DNA of 27,710 bases. It comes from Pseudomonadota bacterium. Lineage in GTDB: Bacteria; Bdellovibrionota_B; Oligoflexia; Oligoflexales; CAIYRB01. Shown here piece by piece: positions 1-8,938 of this stretch. The position numbers were made by a program, and so were the translations under genes. Each line of letters starts with the position of its first letter. Position 1 is the first letter of the stretch. The stretch lies in contig JANOTL010000021.1 in assembly GCA_031416315.1 (NCBI GenBank), forward strand, positions 1 through 27,710, written 5' to 3'. The notes under the pieces were generated by a model. It saw nothing but the letters and a program-made list of their open reading frames with translations, made no database searches and was not told the DNA's origin.

Positions 1-23
1 CCGCTAAACAGTAGATTATTGAA

Positions 24-1517
24 TCAGTGCTTTGGCGCGAATGGCAGAAGGCGCTCGAAGTCTTCATCGGTCACCGCATTCGGCAGTTCCGTGAAGATCC
101 GTTCCAGATAGTCTTCCGGCTCGAGACCATTGGCGCGCGCCGTAACGACGATCGAGTAGAGCGCGGCGCTCGCGCGGGCGCCTTGAAGCGAGGCGCTGAA
201 GAGCCAAGCCTTGCGGCCTATGACGAATGGGCGGATGGAATTCTCGCAGGCGTTGTTGTCGATCGGAACGTCGCCGTCGCGCAGGCAGACAGTGAGCGCG
301 TCCCAGTCGTTGTCGGCATACTGGAGCGCACGTCCGACCGGAGTTTTTGGCGGAGTCGTCGCGAGTTTCTCGTCGAGAAACTGTCGGAACCGGTCGATGC
401 GCCACTTCGAATGTTTTTGCCGCATTGCAAGCGCGTCGGCCTCTTCGCCGCGGGCCCGTCGCATGGCGATGGCTCGCTCGACGCGGTAGAGGCTTTGAAT
501 CTTGAGCATCGCCTTTGCGGCGATCGGCGATTTCGCGGCGCCGCCCGCGATCTTTACGGCGTCGGCGAATTTTCGTCGTACATGCGCCCAGCATCCGGCG
601 CGCGTAGCGCCGGTTTCACGCGCAAATTTTGAGTATCCGTCGAAGTGGTCGGTGACGAGCGTGCCTTTGTAGCCTTTGAAGAGGCGTTCGACGACGCCGG
701 TATTCTTTACGGGATCATAGTCATAAAGAACGATGCGTTGGCCTGGCGCTTCCGAGAACGTGACCCACATGAAGCCCTTCTGCTGCGGGCGCCGACCTGG
801 CTCATTCAGCACTTGATGCGGCGTCTCGTCGCAGTGGACAATCGCACGATCGCGCGTGCGCCGCACGAGGCGTCCAACGAGCGGCGCCACGAGCTCGCCG
901 CATTTGATCATCCACGAAGCCATCGTGCCGCGATCCAGATCGACGCCGATTCTGCCCAGGATATCTTCCTGTCGATAGAGCGGGAGGCCGTCGCAGTATT
1001 TTGCCGTCGCGACGTGCGCGAGCAGGCTGGGACTCGCGATCGAACGCGGAATCGGTTGCTTTGGCATCTTCGCGGTCACGATCTTCTCGCCGCAACCGCG
1101 ACAGCCGTATTTCATGCGCTCGTGACGCTTGACGACGACTTTAGCCGGCACATATTCGAGTTGTTCCGTGACTTCAGCGCCGATCTCGTGCAACGCGTGG
1201 CCACACTGACAAACGCGCTCGGCTTCGGGGATCACATGTGAAATCGGCTCGCGCGGAATATCAAGCGAAAGGGTCGCGCGACGCGGTTGGTTCGTTTGCC
1301 TTTCGCGCCGAGTCGCTTTCGGCGGCGTCGGCTCGGTTTCGCCCGATTCCGACTCGGCTGGCGTCTCGAAGAGGAGGCGCATGGCTGTCAACGTCTCGCT
1401 CGACGACGCGAACCGCTTGCGCCGGAGATAGTCGACGAGCCGCTCAAGATCTTTGATTTCGCTCTTCAGACGAGCGATTTCCAGGTCTTTTTGATCGGTG
1501 ACGACTTCGATCGACAT
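24..1517 (-). CDS. tnpC: IS66 transposase TnpC (DDE)
   Basis: N-terminal leucine-zipper-like segment, CxCG...CxxC zinc finger, KYCDGLPLYRQ, HCDET, CWAHVRRKF, IDNNACENSIRP and GRKAWLF motifs; 497 aa. Confidence 0.96.
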   Translation of the reverse strand: MSIEVVTDQKDLEIARLKSEIKDLERLVDYLRRKRFASSSETLTAMRLLFETPAESESGETEPTPPKATRRERQTNQPRRATLSLDIPREPISHVIPEAERVCQCGHALHEIGAEVTEQLEYVPAKVVVKRHERMKYGCRGCGEKIVTAKMPKQPIPRSIASPSLLAHVATAKYCDGLPLYRQEDILGRIGVDLDRGTMASWMIKCGELVAPLVGRLVRRTRDRAIVHCDETPHQVLNEPGRRPQQKGFMWVTFSEAPGQRIVLYDYDPVKNTGVVERLFKGYKGTLVTDHFDGYSKFARETGATRAGCWAHVRRKFADAVKIAGGAAKSPIAAKAMLKIQSLYRVERAIAMRRARGEEADALAMRQKHSKWRIDRFRQFLDEKLATTPPKTPVGRALQYADNDWDALTVCLRDGDVPIDNNACENSIRPFVIGRKAWLFSASLQGARASAALYSIVVTARANGLEPEDYLERIFTELPNAVTDEDFERLLPFAPKH

Positions 1518-1548
1518 GAAGGCAAGGTAGCAGTTTCAAATTCCCTCG

Positions 1549-1902
1549 TCACCATCCGTCAACGAAATTTGCCGGGCGATGACGCTTCACTTTCGCAATG
1601 TCGATTCCGTCGAGGAGCCATTCGAACTCGATTGTCGACAGTGCGTGCACGAGGTCGCCAGCCTTTGGCCAAGGAAACCGGTCGCGCTCGAGGCGTTTGT
1701 AAGTCAGCGCGAGGCCGGTTTTGTCCCACCACAAGAGCTTTACGCGATCACGACGACGGCCAGCGAACGCGAACAAAAATCTGCCGTCGAGCGGCTGGCG
1801 AATCTCGTGCATTACGATCGCGGCGAGGCCGTCGAGGCTCTTGCGCATGTCGACCGGCGCCCGATGGAGAAAGACGCCCTCGAAAGATTGAATGGCCTTC
1901 AC
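1549..1902 (-). CDS. tnpB: IS66 accessory protein TnpB (Orf2)
   Basis: PVDMRKSLDGL, RRDRVKLLWWD and KRLERDRFPWP motifs. Likely GTG start at 1902 overlaps the tnpA stop (GTGA); the ORF track extends it to 2187. Confidence 0.92.
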   Translation of the reverse strand: MKAIQSFEGVFLHRAPVDMRKSLDGLAAIVMHEIRQPLDGRFLFAFAGRRRDRVKLLWWDKTGLALTYKRLERDRFPWPKAGDLVHALSTIEFEWLLDGIDIAKVKRHRPANFVDGW

Positions 1903-2219
1903 TGCGGCTGCGCCAGCGATCGAATCAGGATGCCGAGCTGGCTTGGATCGCAGTCGAGCGGCGCCTCGATTCGCAGCCCGCATGAAGTCTCGACCCGCAC
2001 TATCGCCGCGGACCGGGGCACGACGGGAACGAAGGCGCCGACATTCGACGGCCGGCCGGCTCGCCGCCGGCCGTGACCAAGGCGCCGGCGCCAATCTTTC
2101 AAAGACCACGGCGAAAGTTCCCGACGCTGGCAAAAGGCTACGATCGTCTCTCCGGACCGATCGAGCTCTTCCAAAATCCCGCGCCATTCCTCGGCGCCAC
2201 GCCGCTGCCGCTTCGCCAT
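1899..2219 (-). CDS. tnpA: IS66 TnpA (Orf1, HTH)
   Basis: EEWRGIL...SGETIVAFC...WRRRL...FVPV pattern; GGAGG RBS upstream; first gene inside the IS end. Confidence 0.88.
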   Translation of the reverse strand: MAKRQRRGAEEWRGILEELDRSGETIVAFCQRRELSPWSLKDWRRRLGHGRRRAGRPSNVGAFVPVVPRSAAIVRVETSCGLRIEAPLDCDPSQLGILIRSLAQPQ

Positions 2220-2348
2220 AACACGCCTCCTTCGATCGAGGCGCGGAAGCTAGCGGATCTCGGCGCTATCGGCTACGTGGGGCAGGCCGAGCGCTTACCT
2301 TGCTTGAACGAATCCCTGTAGGCCTCACTGAAGCCCTGTTTAGCTCTC

Positions 2349-2371
2349 CATTGTCCCTAATTTGTCCCTGC
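2349..2371 (+). repeat. Left copy of 23-bp direct repeat (tandem TTGTCCCT), putative integrase arm-type or att-associated site
   Basis: CATTGTCCCTAATTTGTCCCTGC; 21/23 identical to 11123-11145. Confidence 0.75.
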
Positions 2372-2695
2372 TTCCGAGTCTGCAAGCGTGCCTGCAAATC
2401 AATTCGTCGGCTCCGTCGTCAGCAATAAAGTTTTCAACTGATGCGTCGTTGGTTTCCAAATGGCCCGACGTCAGCATCGTAGTCATGCGATCCGCTGAGC
2501 CCGAGATGACACGGAGCAGAGTAGTAATGGTGCAAATTCAATTCGCCAGAAGCCGGCGAGCACGATCGCAAACGCCGTTCCTACGCCGACGACTCGGCAA
2601 GATTTACCCTGTAGTATTTGGTTCTTACGCTAATGCCGGGGCCCATTGAGCCGATGCAGTGACCATAGGAATAGGTCACGGACTCCGGAGTTCCA

Positions 2696-5374
2696 TTGGT
2701 CGGCTCACCCGCATCGCCACACACACCGCCGCGTAGCGAAGTCGGCGCCGGAATGCATCGCTTCACGCTGCGATTCGCCCCGGATCTGGAGCACCGCTAC
2801 CGGGAACAGCGTCTTAGCAATGACTTGAAGTTACTCCGTATCATCGCCACCCTCGCCTTTGGGCTTTCGCTTCTCATTTTCCTCTTGAGCTGGGTCGCCG
2901 TCGGTGCGGGCGTCATTCCCTCCGCCAACCGCTGGCTGCATTTCGGGGTCGTCGTCGCGCTGGGCTTGGGCTCGGTGTCGACTTTTCGCCCACAGTCGTA
3001 TCGAAGCATGGATCGTCGTAACGAATTGCTGTTGGGCGTCATCGCGATTCTATTGTTCTATTTCGAGCGAAACGTGACGGAGGCGGGCTACGTCCCCGTG
3101 CTTTGCATCTACTTCTTCACCCAGATCGCGATCTTCGCGCAGCCGTTCGTCTACATCGTGCGAGCGCGGGCCATCATCTTGACGACGATCCTCTTTTCGT
3201 TGGGAGCCTGGCTGGCGCAGCGTTATGCCGGGAAGGACGCGACGTATCTCTACATCCCCATTTTGTCCGGCGGTCCACTGACCCTGTTCTCGGCCTATAC
3301 CTACGAACGAATACAGCGCCTCGCTTTTCTCGCAGAAGCAGAAATCGTCCGCCAGCGCGCCCGCGTCGAAACCCTCCTCCACAGCATCATGCCGCCGGCC
3401 GTGGCCCATCGCTTGGGAGACGGCGTCAACCCTAACGAGGCCATCGTCGAGAGTTACGCGGCGGCGACCGTCCTCTTCGCCGACATCGTCGGCTTCACGA
3501 GCCTTTCGGCCTCGATGCCGCCGGAGCGCCTCGTCACCTTACTCAACTCGCTCTTCTCCCGCTTCGACGCCGCCGCCGTCCAATGCGGGGTTGAAAAGAT
3601 CAAAACGATCGGCGACGCTTACATGGCCGTCGCCGGCGTACCAACGGCGGCCGGAGACCACGCGCATCGGATGGCGGACTTTGCGTTCGAGCTACGCGAG
3701 GCGGTCCGCAAATTCTCGGCCATTAACCAGGTCGCCTTGAACGTCCGCATCGGCATGCACTGTGGTCCCGTCGTCGCCGGAGTGATCGGCACGACCCGCT
3801 TCCACTATGATCTGTGGGGCGAAACCGTGAAGGTCGCCTCCCAGCTCGAGTCCCATGGCATCAAGGGCGAAATCCAGATCTCTGACGCCATGCGACGCGC
3901 GCTCGGCCCCAACTATCACTTCGAGGGCCGCGGGCTCGTGGAGCTGAAGGACAGCGCCTCGCGACTCTTCATCCTCCGACGTCCGCTCACGCGTGACGAC
4001 GGCGTCGAGGGCGTCGAGGGCGGCACGGCGGCGGCCAACGGCACGCCGCAGCTGCCTGAAGCCGCTCATCAGGGCGCGCAGCCAGGACCCACCATCGCCA
4101 AGGCGCCGATCCATCCATTGACGCTGCGGTTTGCGCCAGGCGAGGAGTCGCAGTACCGCGACCATCGCTTCGCCGGCGATATGAAGGTCTACCGTACGAT
4201 TCTCCTGCTCAGTCTCGCGACGCTAGTGGCGGTCGCCATGGTATCCTTTGTCGCGATCGGTCGCGACTACCTAGGATCCGCTATCAATTGGTCGCACATT
4301 GGGCTGATAACCGGAGTCGGCGTCGCGGCGCTGTCCGCCTTCTACGCGGATCAGTCGTTCCGCGCCGCGGACCTTCGCTGCGAGGGCGCCTCCTTGGTCA
4401 TTTCGTTTGTCTACGGGGCGCTAGCGGCCTTTTCGCCATCCTTCAGCTACGCGGGCGCGATCGCGGGATATTTCGTGATCTTGTCGGGCTTTTACGCCTT
4501 GCCGATGATCTTCGCGATCCGCGCCCGAACCATGATCGTATTCACGATCGCCTTCCTCGCCGGTCTCTGGATCTCGCCGGGAGCCCAAGTCGAATTCGCA
4601 TCGATGATCAATCTCTTCATCGCGTCCGCAACCGGGCTCTATCTCTTCGTCGCCCACTCCTCAGAGCGCACGCAACGCAGCACGTACCTCGCCATCAACG
4701 AAACGACTCGGCAGCGCGCTCGCGCCAACACTCTCTTGCGCAACATCGTCCCCCCGAAAATCGCCGATCGCTTACGCGACCGCGAAGATCTCCAGGACGC
4801 GATCGTTCAGCGCTTCGAAACGGCCACGGTATTGTTCGCCGACCTCTCCGGCTTCACGCAGCTGGCTCGGACCATGGCGGCCGAGGACCTCGTGGCCATG
4901 CTGAACGCGCTTTGCTCCCAAATCGATCTGGCGGCGCTTCGCCACGGCGTCGAGAAGATCAAGACCATCGGCTACACCTACATGGCGGTCGCGGGCGTTC
5001 CGGATCCGACGGTCGATCACGTGCAGCGTATGGCGGATTTCGCCTTGGAGGTCCGCGAGCTCGTGCACGATTTTTCGGCAAAAAAAGGGATTCGTCTGCG
5101 CGCCAAAATCGGCATGCACTGCGGTCCGGTCGTCGCCGGAGTGATCGGAACAACGCGTTTTCACTATGACCTCTGGGGCGAGACGGTCAACACCGCCTCG
5201 CGCCTCGAGTCCCACGGCGTCGAAAACGCCATTCAGATTTCCGCCGCGGTCCGACAGGCGCTGGGCGACCGATACGAATACTCCGATCGCGGCATGATTC
5301 CGTTGAAGGGTATGCAACCGACGCAGTTGCACATCCTCACCGGATCGCGATCAACGAGCATCGCTGCCGCATAG
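2696..5374 (+). CDS. Membrane class III adenylate cyclase with two tandem 6TM+catalytic units (pseudo-heterodimer)
   Basis: Two FAD(I/L)xGFT...EKIKTIG...IGMHCGPVVAGVIG...YDLWGETV domains, each preceded by about six hydrophobic segments. Lys/Asp substrate residues indicate ATP. Start is TTG 2696 (GGAG upstream) or ATG 2753. Confidence 0.92.
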   Translation: MVGSPASPHTPPRSEVGAGMHRFTLRFAPDLEHRYREQRLSNDLKLLRIIATLAFGLSLLIFLLSWVAVGAGVIPSANRWLHFGVVVALGLGSVSTFRPQSYRSMDRRNELLLGVIAILLFYFERNVTEAGYVPVLCIYFFTQIAIFAQPFVYIVRARAIILTTILFSLGAWLAQRYAGKDATYLYIPILSGGPLTLFSAYTYERIQRLAFLAEAEIVRQRARVETLLHSIMPPAVAHRLGDGVNPNEAIVESYAAATVLFADIVGFTSLSASMPPERLVTLLNSLFSRFDAAAVQCGVEKIKTIGDAYMAVAGVPTAAGDHAHRMADFAFELREAVRKFSAINQVALNVRIGMHCGPVVAGVIGTTRFHYDLWGETVKVASQLESHGIKGEIQISDAMRRALGPNYHFEGRGLVELKDSASRLFILRRPLTRDDGVEGVEGGTAAANGTPQLPEAAHQGAQPGPTIAKAPIHPLTLRFAPGEESQYRDHRFAGDMKVYRTILLLSLATLVAVAMVSFVAIGRDYLGSAINWSHIGLITGVGVAALSAFYADQSFRAADLRCEGASLVISFVYGALAAFSPSFSYAGAIAGYFVILSGFYALPMIFAIRARTMIVFTIAFLAGLWISPGAQVEFASMINLFIASATGLYLFVAHSSERTQRSTYLAINETTRQRARANTLLRNIVPPKIADRLRDREDLQDAIVQRFETATVLFADLSGFTQLARTMAAEDLVAMLNALCSQIDLAALRHGVEKIKTIGYTYMAVAGVPDPTVDHVQRMADFALEVRELVHDFSAKKGIRLRAKIGMHCGPVVAGVIGTTRFHYDLWGETVNTASRLESHGVENAIQISAAVRQALGDRYEYSDRGMIPLKGMQPTQLHILTGSRSTSIAAA

Positions 5375-5646
5375 GCGCGATAGCTATGCGAACATCTCGA
5401 GGTCTTCTGGCGTCCGCCACTCGAACTTCCGCAAGCCGAAGCTCGCGAACATCTCCTCGCAATTAGCCTGGCTCAGCGACTTCGTCCCGATCGTTGCGGC
5501 CGCTTTGTCGCGAAAGCGCTCCTCGGAGGTCCCAGCCGTTTCGAGCCCCTCGCAGTGTGAGCCCCGCGACCGTCGTTGCGACCATGTCGACGTCAATGGG
5601 CTTGGCGACGTGATCGCAAGCAGCTGAGATTGTACCTGCTGCGATG

Positions 5647-6636
5647 CTATCGAATCTGGCCACTTCCCCCCGATCCAAAGTGCTTCTTCACGTTGACTGC
5701 TTTCCACTGGAGCGCAGGAAACTCGCGTATTTTGCTGAGCATCGTCTCGTCGGTTGTTAGCAACTCGGGCGCGATGTCGCCGCGGTCATTGAGGCGCGAA
5801 ATGAACTCGCGCTCTTCCGCCGTCAGCGGAAGAACCCGCGACAGAAGCGCGCGGCACTCGGCTACTAGCTCGGCGCTCCATGCCGCTATCGCCTTCGCGT
5901 CAGCAAAGTGCTTCATTCGCAGTACCGGCACGAGTTGGCTCGCAAGCTCGGCGGGATCCACATCCACGGCATCGGGCGAAATGGAGCGCCAGTCCTTGCG
6001 GCTTGCGGCACCATAAATTGTGAACGCGAGTCGAAGCTTCTGCGGGTCCAAGTCGGCGCGCCTGAGAAGCTCGCGCGCATCAAAGACGTCGCGGCTCGCC
6101 TGTCGTGATAGCAGCGCTGCGAGTTTGCCGCCAGCAAGCTCGTGCAGGTCAATTATGGGAACCCCTCGGGCCTGGAACATGCCGACCTGGCGTGAATCGC
6201 AAGTAGTCACGGGCCAGAGCGGAGTGCGGAGGAGGAAGTTCAGATCGAGCTCGAGGTTTCCAGACGCGCCAACATCGTTGACGTAACCAAGGCGCCACTT
6301 ACCACCCGCGTGCTCTGACGGTGTCCGTCGAATGTTTAACCCTTCGCGACTACAGACGGCTTCGATGGCTTGCTCGACCTTCGGACGCTCCGCAAGCATT
6401 CGCTCGCGATCAGCAGTGCCAACGTAGTTGAGGTCGATGTCAACAGATAGACGGGGAACGTCGAAGACGAAGAGATTGAGCGCCGTCCCGCCTTTAAGCG
6501 CGATCCTCCCTTGCAGGTAGGGATGGCGCAACAAGGCTGAGAGCAAATTGACTAGGCGAAGTGTTTTTTCCAGGGCGATGGGCGGAAAGCCCGTCTGCGC
6601 CGCCTCGCGTACAATGATGTCGCGTGTGATCATCAT
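5647..6636 (-). CDS. abiEii: AbiEii/AbiGii-family nucleotidyltransferase toxin (type IV TA)
   Basis: LKGGTALNLF...PRLSVDIDL, KLAAL, SRDVFD motifs. Start overlaps the stop of the upstream antitoxin gene (ATGA). Confidence 0.9.
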   Translation of the reverse strand: MMITRDIIVREAAQTGFPPIALEKTLRLVNLLSALLRHPYLQGRIALKGGTALNLFVFDVPRLSVDIDLNYVGTADRERMLAERPKVEQAIEAVCSREGLNIRRTPSEHAGGKWRLGYVNDVGASGNLELDLNFLLRTPLWPVTTCDSRQVGMFQARGVPIIDLHELAGGKLAALLSRQASRDVFDARELLRRADLDPQKLRLAFTIYGAASRKDWRSISPDAVDVDPAELASQLVPVLRMKHFADAKAIAAWSAELVAECRALLSRVLPLTAEEREFISRLNDRGDIAPELLTTDETMLSKIREFPALQWKAVNVKKHFGSGGSGQIR

Positions 6637-7460
6637 CCGGCGAATTCCTCCCAGGAGCGAGAAAGAACGCGCTCAGGAACGATGAGATTCCAGCCTGCGA
6701 CGAGTTTGCCGGGCTCCCTTCGGCGCTCGATGTAGAGCGGACGCGATGGCGCATGGCGACGCAGGGGTGCCAGATGCTTCTCGTCGAGCATCAACTGATC
6801 TCGATGCTGATCGAGGTAGAAACCGACGCGCGCAACAGTGAGGGATGTTCCGAGCATTAAGGCGTACTCAGTGACCGCATCGATATCGACGTATTCGATG
6901 CTTTCCAGCGAGCGCCAGATTTCCTCGAGACCGCCACCGTGCTTCGGCATGTCGAGGACATCGACGAGCGTGCGCTCAAGCGACGTAACCCGAACCGTAC
7001 CGCCAGCTCGATCGACCTCAATGACGCCACCGCCTGCGTCAGGCAGGTCTTGTAGGGGGGCGGGGAATTGTACCGGGACAAAATCGGTTCCTTGAAAGCG
7101 GAACGAGCGACCGCGCGTTCGCGCGAGATAGGTGACCCGGCTCCTGACCGAATAGGCTTTGCCGTGAAACTCGAGAGCGCTGTGGTAGGCAACGACCGAG
7201 TCCGGTGCAAGCTTTGCTGCCAGGAGGTAAGGATCGACAACTGCGCGCCCTCGCTCCTCCTCGCGATTAACGACCGCGTATAGCCCGCGCCGAACGCGCA
7301 ACAGGCGCCCCGTTTTCACATGCTGAGCAAGAACGTTGCTAGTCGTGTGCTCGCTCCGCGAGCCGTCGCCGGCGTGGGCAGCTAGAAACTCTTCATGGCG
7401 AAACACTGGGTTGCGCGCAAAGAAGGTCGTTGGTCGTTCATTTGGCCGTTTTGCATCCAT
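6633..7460 (-). CDS. abiEi: AbiEi-family antitoxin / transcriptional regulator
   Basis: N-terminal wHTH-like LLRVRRGLY, AYHSALEFHG, VTSLERTLVD, ARVGFYLD. Start placed at ATG 7460 (MDAKRP) rather than 7577 because the extension runs through an AT-rich promoter-like region. Confidence 0.88.
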   Translation of the reverse strand: MDAKRPNERPTTFFARNPVFRHEEFLAAHAGDGSRSEHTTSNVLAQHVKTGRLLRVRRGLYAVVNREEERGRAVVDPYLLAAKLAPDSVVAYHSALEFHGKAYSVRSRVTYLARTRGRSFRFQGTDFVPVQFPAPLQDLPDAGGGVIEVDRAGGTVRVTSLERTLVDVLDMPKHGGGLEEIWRSLESIEYVDIDAVTEYALMLGTSLTVARVGFYLDQHRDQLMLDEKHLAPLRRHAPSRPLYIERRREPGKLVAGWNLIVPERVLSRSWEEFAG

Positions 7461-7497
7461 AGCACTATATAATATAGTTGTTGGGATCCAAAACGGC
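7445..7497. promoter_or_regulatory. Long inverted repeat over the abiEi start/promoter; putative AbiEi operator
   Basis: GCCGTTTTGCATCC (7445-7458) and GGATCCAAAACGGC (7484-7497) pair 13/14; inner ACTATAT-A-ATATAGT (7464-7478) is perfect; both are centred on 7471. Confidence 0.7.
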
Positions 7498-8331
7498 AAG
7501 CCTGGGCGTGACTGCTGGGCAGCGACACAACTAAAAATCATGAATAATAATGAATGGTTATATATCCATTTGCGCATGACTAAGCGGCCGGTAGCCCCGC
7601 TCGCAAGATGAATCCCCGGTTCGAGCCTAAGTCCGGGTCAAGCCGCGCAGCACGAGACCGGGAGCGTCTCACTCCACCGCGGCGCTCTCTCGCCCCTTCA
7701 TTCGCGTTCCTGCGCGCGATCGGCGTACTTGTGACGCTCGCCGTCATTGCCGAGCGCCTCGCCGTGCGTCTGGCGAGCCACGCCCAGTAGGCGCGGCCAT
7801 GCGGCTCAAGGTTGAGCCGCACCCTTTCGGCCGTGCGTGTAACTGAGCACGCCGCGAACAAAATCGGGCTTCGGCGTGCCCGAATATGGTCATTCCGAGC
7901 CAAAATCGGCCCCAAAAACTCGTGGCGGGTCCTTAGTTGACCCACCGCGATCTGCGATCCCACAGTCAGAAATTCTCTGATTCAAACAAAATCATGCAGC
8001 TAGCGTCGATGCTTTCAGAAAACGACCGCAGCAAGTTCGCCGCGAAAATCGTGGCACGACTTTCGCAATGTATGAGTATCAGTGATGCTTCACGACAAAT
8101 CGAGTTCATGCTTCGCAATTGGGCACGAACACCGTGTACTCGACGCAGGCCGATCCAAGCACGACACCGTCTTCGGAGAAGTCTTGAGAAACAAGAGCAG
8201 CGGCATCGCATTGTCTCCGGGTGCCCTTTCAGCAGAGGAACGCTCTGACGGTCGTAGCCGGCGTCGGCTACGCCGTTCGCTCAAATGGCGAACGTCGCGA
8301 GTGCGAGCAGCAACGTCATCGAGCGGGGGCA

Positions 8332-8410
8332 GCGTCCAGCTTCTGGACGCGTTGGGGGTCGCAGACCACCAAATAAAATCCGGGGTGGGCACCACACCCC
8401 ATGCTTGCGT
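8332..8410 (+). other. Candidate origin of transfer (oriT, MOBP-like)
   Basis: Three consecutive hairpins (8332-8350, 8352-8372, 8382-8400) followed directly by ATGCTTGC, resembling MOBP-type nic sites; about 200 bp upstream of mobC. Confidence 0.55.
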
Positions 8411-8602
8411 GAAACTCCGGCCGGCCCTCCAAATGCATAAAAAAGTAGCAAATCAAAGAAATCAAAACAGAACACATCAGCAAAAAACATCAACCAACAA
8501 CGCCACTACAAAACACAAATCCACCAAACCGAGGCAGTCAGAAACCAAGTCCCCAAAACAGCCACACAAAACCCCAAACACCATCACCAACCGGAGAACC
8601 GC

Positions 8603-8938
8603 ATGAATCCATCCCGACTCAATCGCAGTCATCTCCGCTTTAGCGCCGAAGAATATGCACGCCTCGTTGAAGATGCCAGAGTCTACGGCGATTCGATCCC
8701 AAATCTGATCAAGGCCATTTACTTCAAAAAGAAGCTGCCGCAACCGGCCATGAGCAAGGATGACGCCGACCGCGTTCTCGTCGCGCTCAATCGCATCGGC
8801 AACAACATCAACCAGATTGCACGGCAGTTGAACGCTGGTTTCCGCGAAGGTTTCAATCCGGCGGTGCAGGAAATGGCGGAATCGCTGCGCGCGATCAAGA
8901 CCTTCATCCTGGGCTATCGTGGCAACGGTCAAAATTAG
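8603..8938 (+). CDS. mobC: Plasmid mobilization relaxosome protein MobC
   Basis: LNRIGNNINQIARQLN signature, N-terminal RHH-like LRFSAEEY, GGAG RBS. Confidence 0.9.
   Translation: MNPSRLNRSHLRFSAEEYARLVEDARVYGDSIPNLIKAIYFKKKLPQPAMSKDDADRVLVALNRIGNNINQIARQLNAGFREGFNPAVQEMAESLRAIKTFILGYRGNGQN

Larger units (their letters stand above)
1..2298 (-). mobile_element. IS66-family insertion sequence (tnpC-side end lies outside the window)
   Basis: tnpA-tnpB-tnpC order on the minus strand. Minus-strand sequence from 2298 reads GTAAGCGCTCGG..., matching the GTAA(GCG) start typical of IS66 terminal inverted repeats. Confidence 0.92.

Noticed and set aside
3..11. GCTAAACAG is the reverse complement of 2337-2345
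   Set aside because: Only 9 bp and does not match the IS66 GTAA terminus; likely chance.
2309..2330. CGAATCCCTGTAGGCCTCA resembles a tRNA 3' end (att site)
   Set aside because: No 5' T-stem strand, no CCA and no matching copy at the right end beyond 6 bp.
2696..5374. Pycsar pyrimidine cyclase or guanylate cyclase
   Set aside because: Lys/Asp purine-specifying residues indicate ATP; the protein is membrane-anchored and there is no adjacent cNMP-binding effector.
5384..5707. 107-aa minus-strand ORF after abiEii
   Set aside because: Overlaps abiEii and has no recognisable motif; at most a gene remnant.
7580..8250. Short ORFs (7608-7790, 7937-8248, 7966-8211), possible rep remnant
   Set aside because: No motif or convincing RBS; cannot support a call.
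8082..8606. 174-aa ORF through the oriT and A/C-rich tract
   Set aside because: Stop-free because of base bias; the region is better explained as non-coding.
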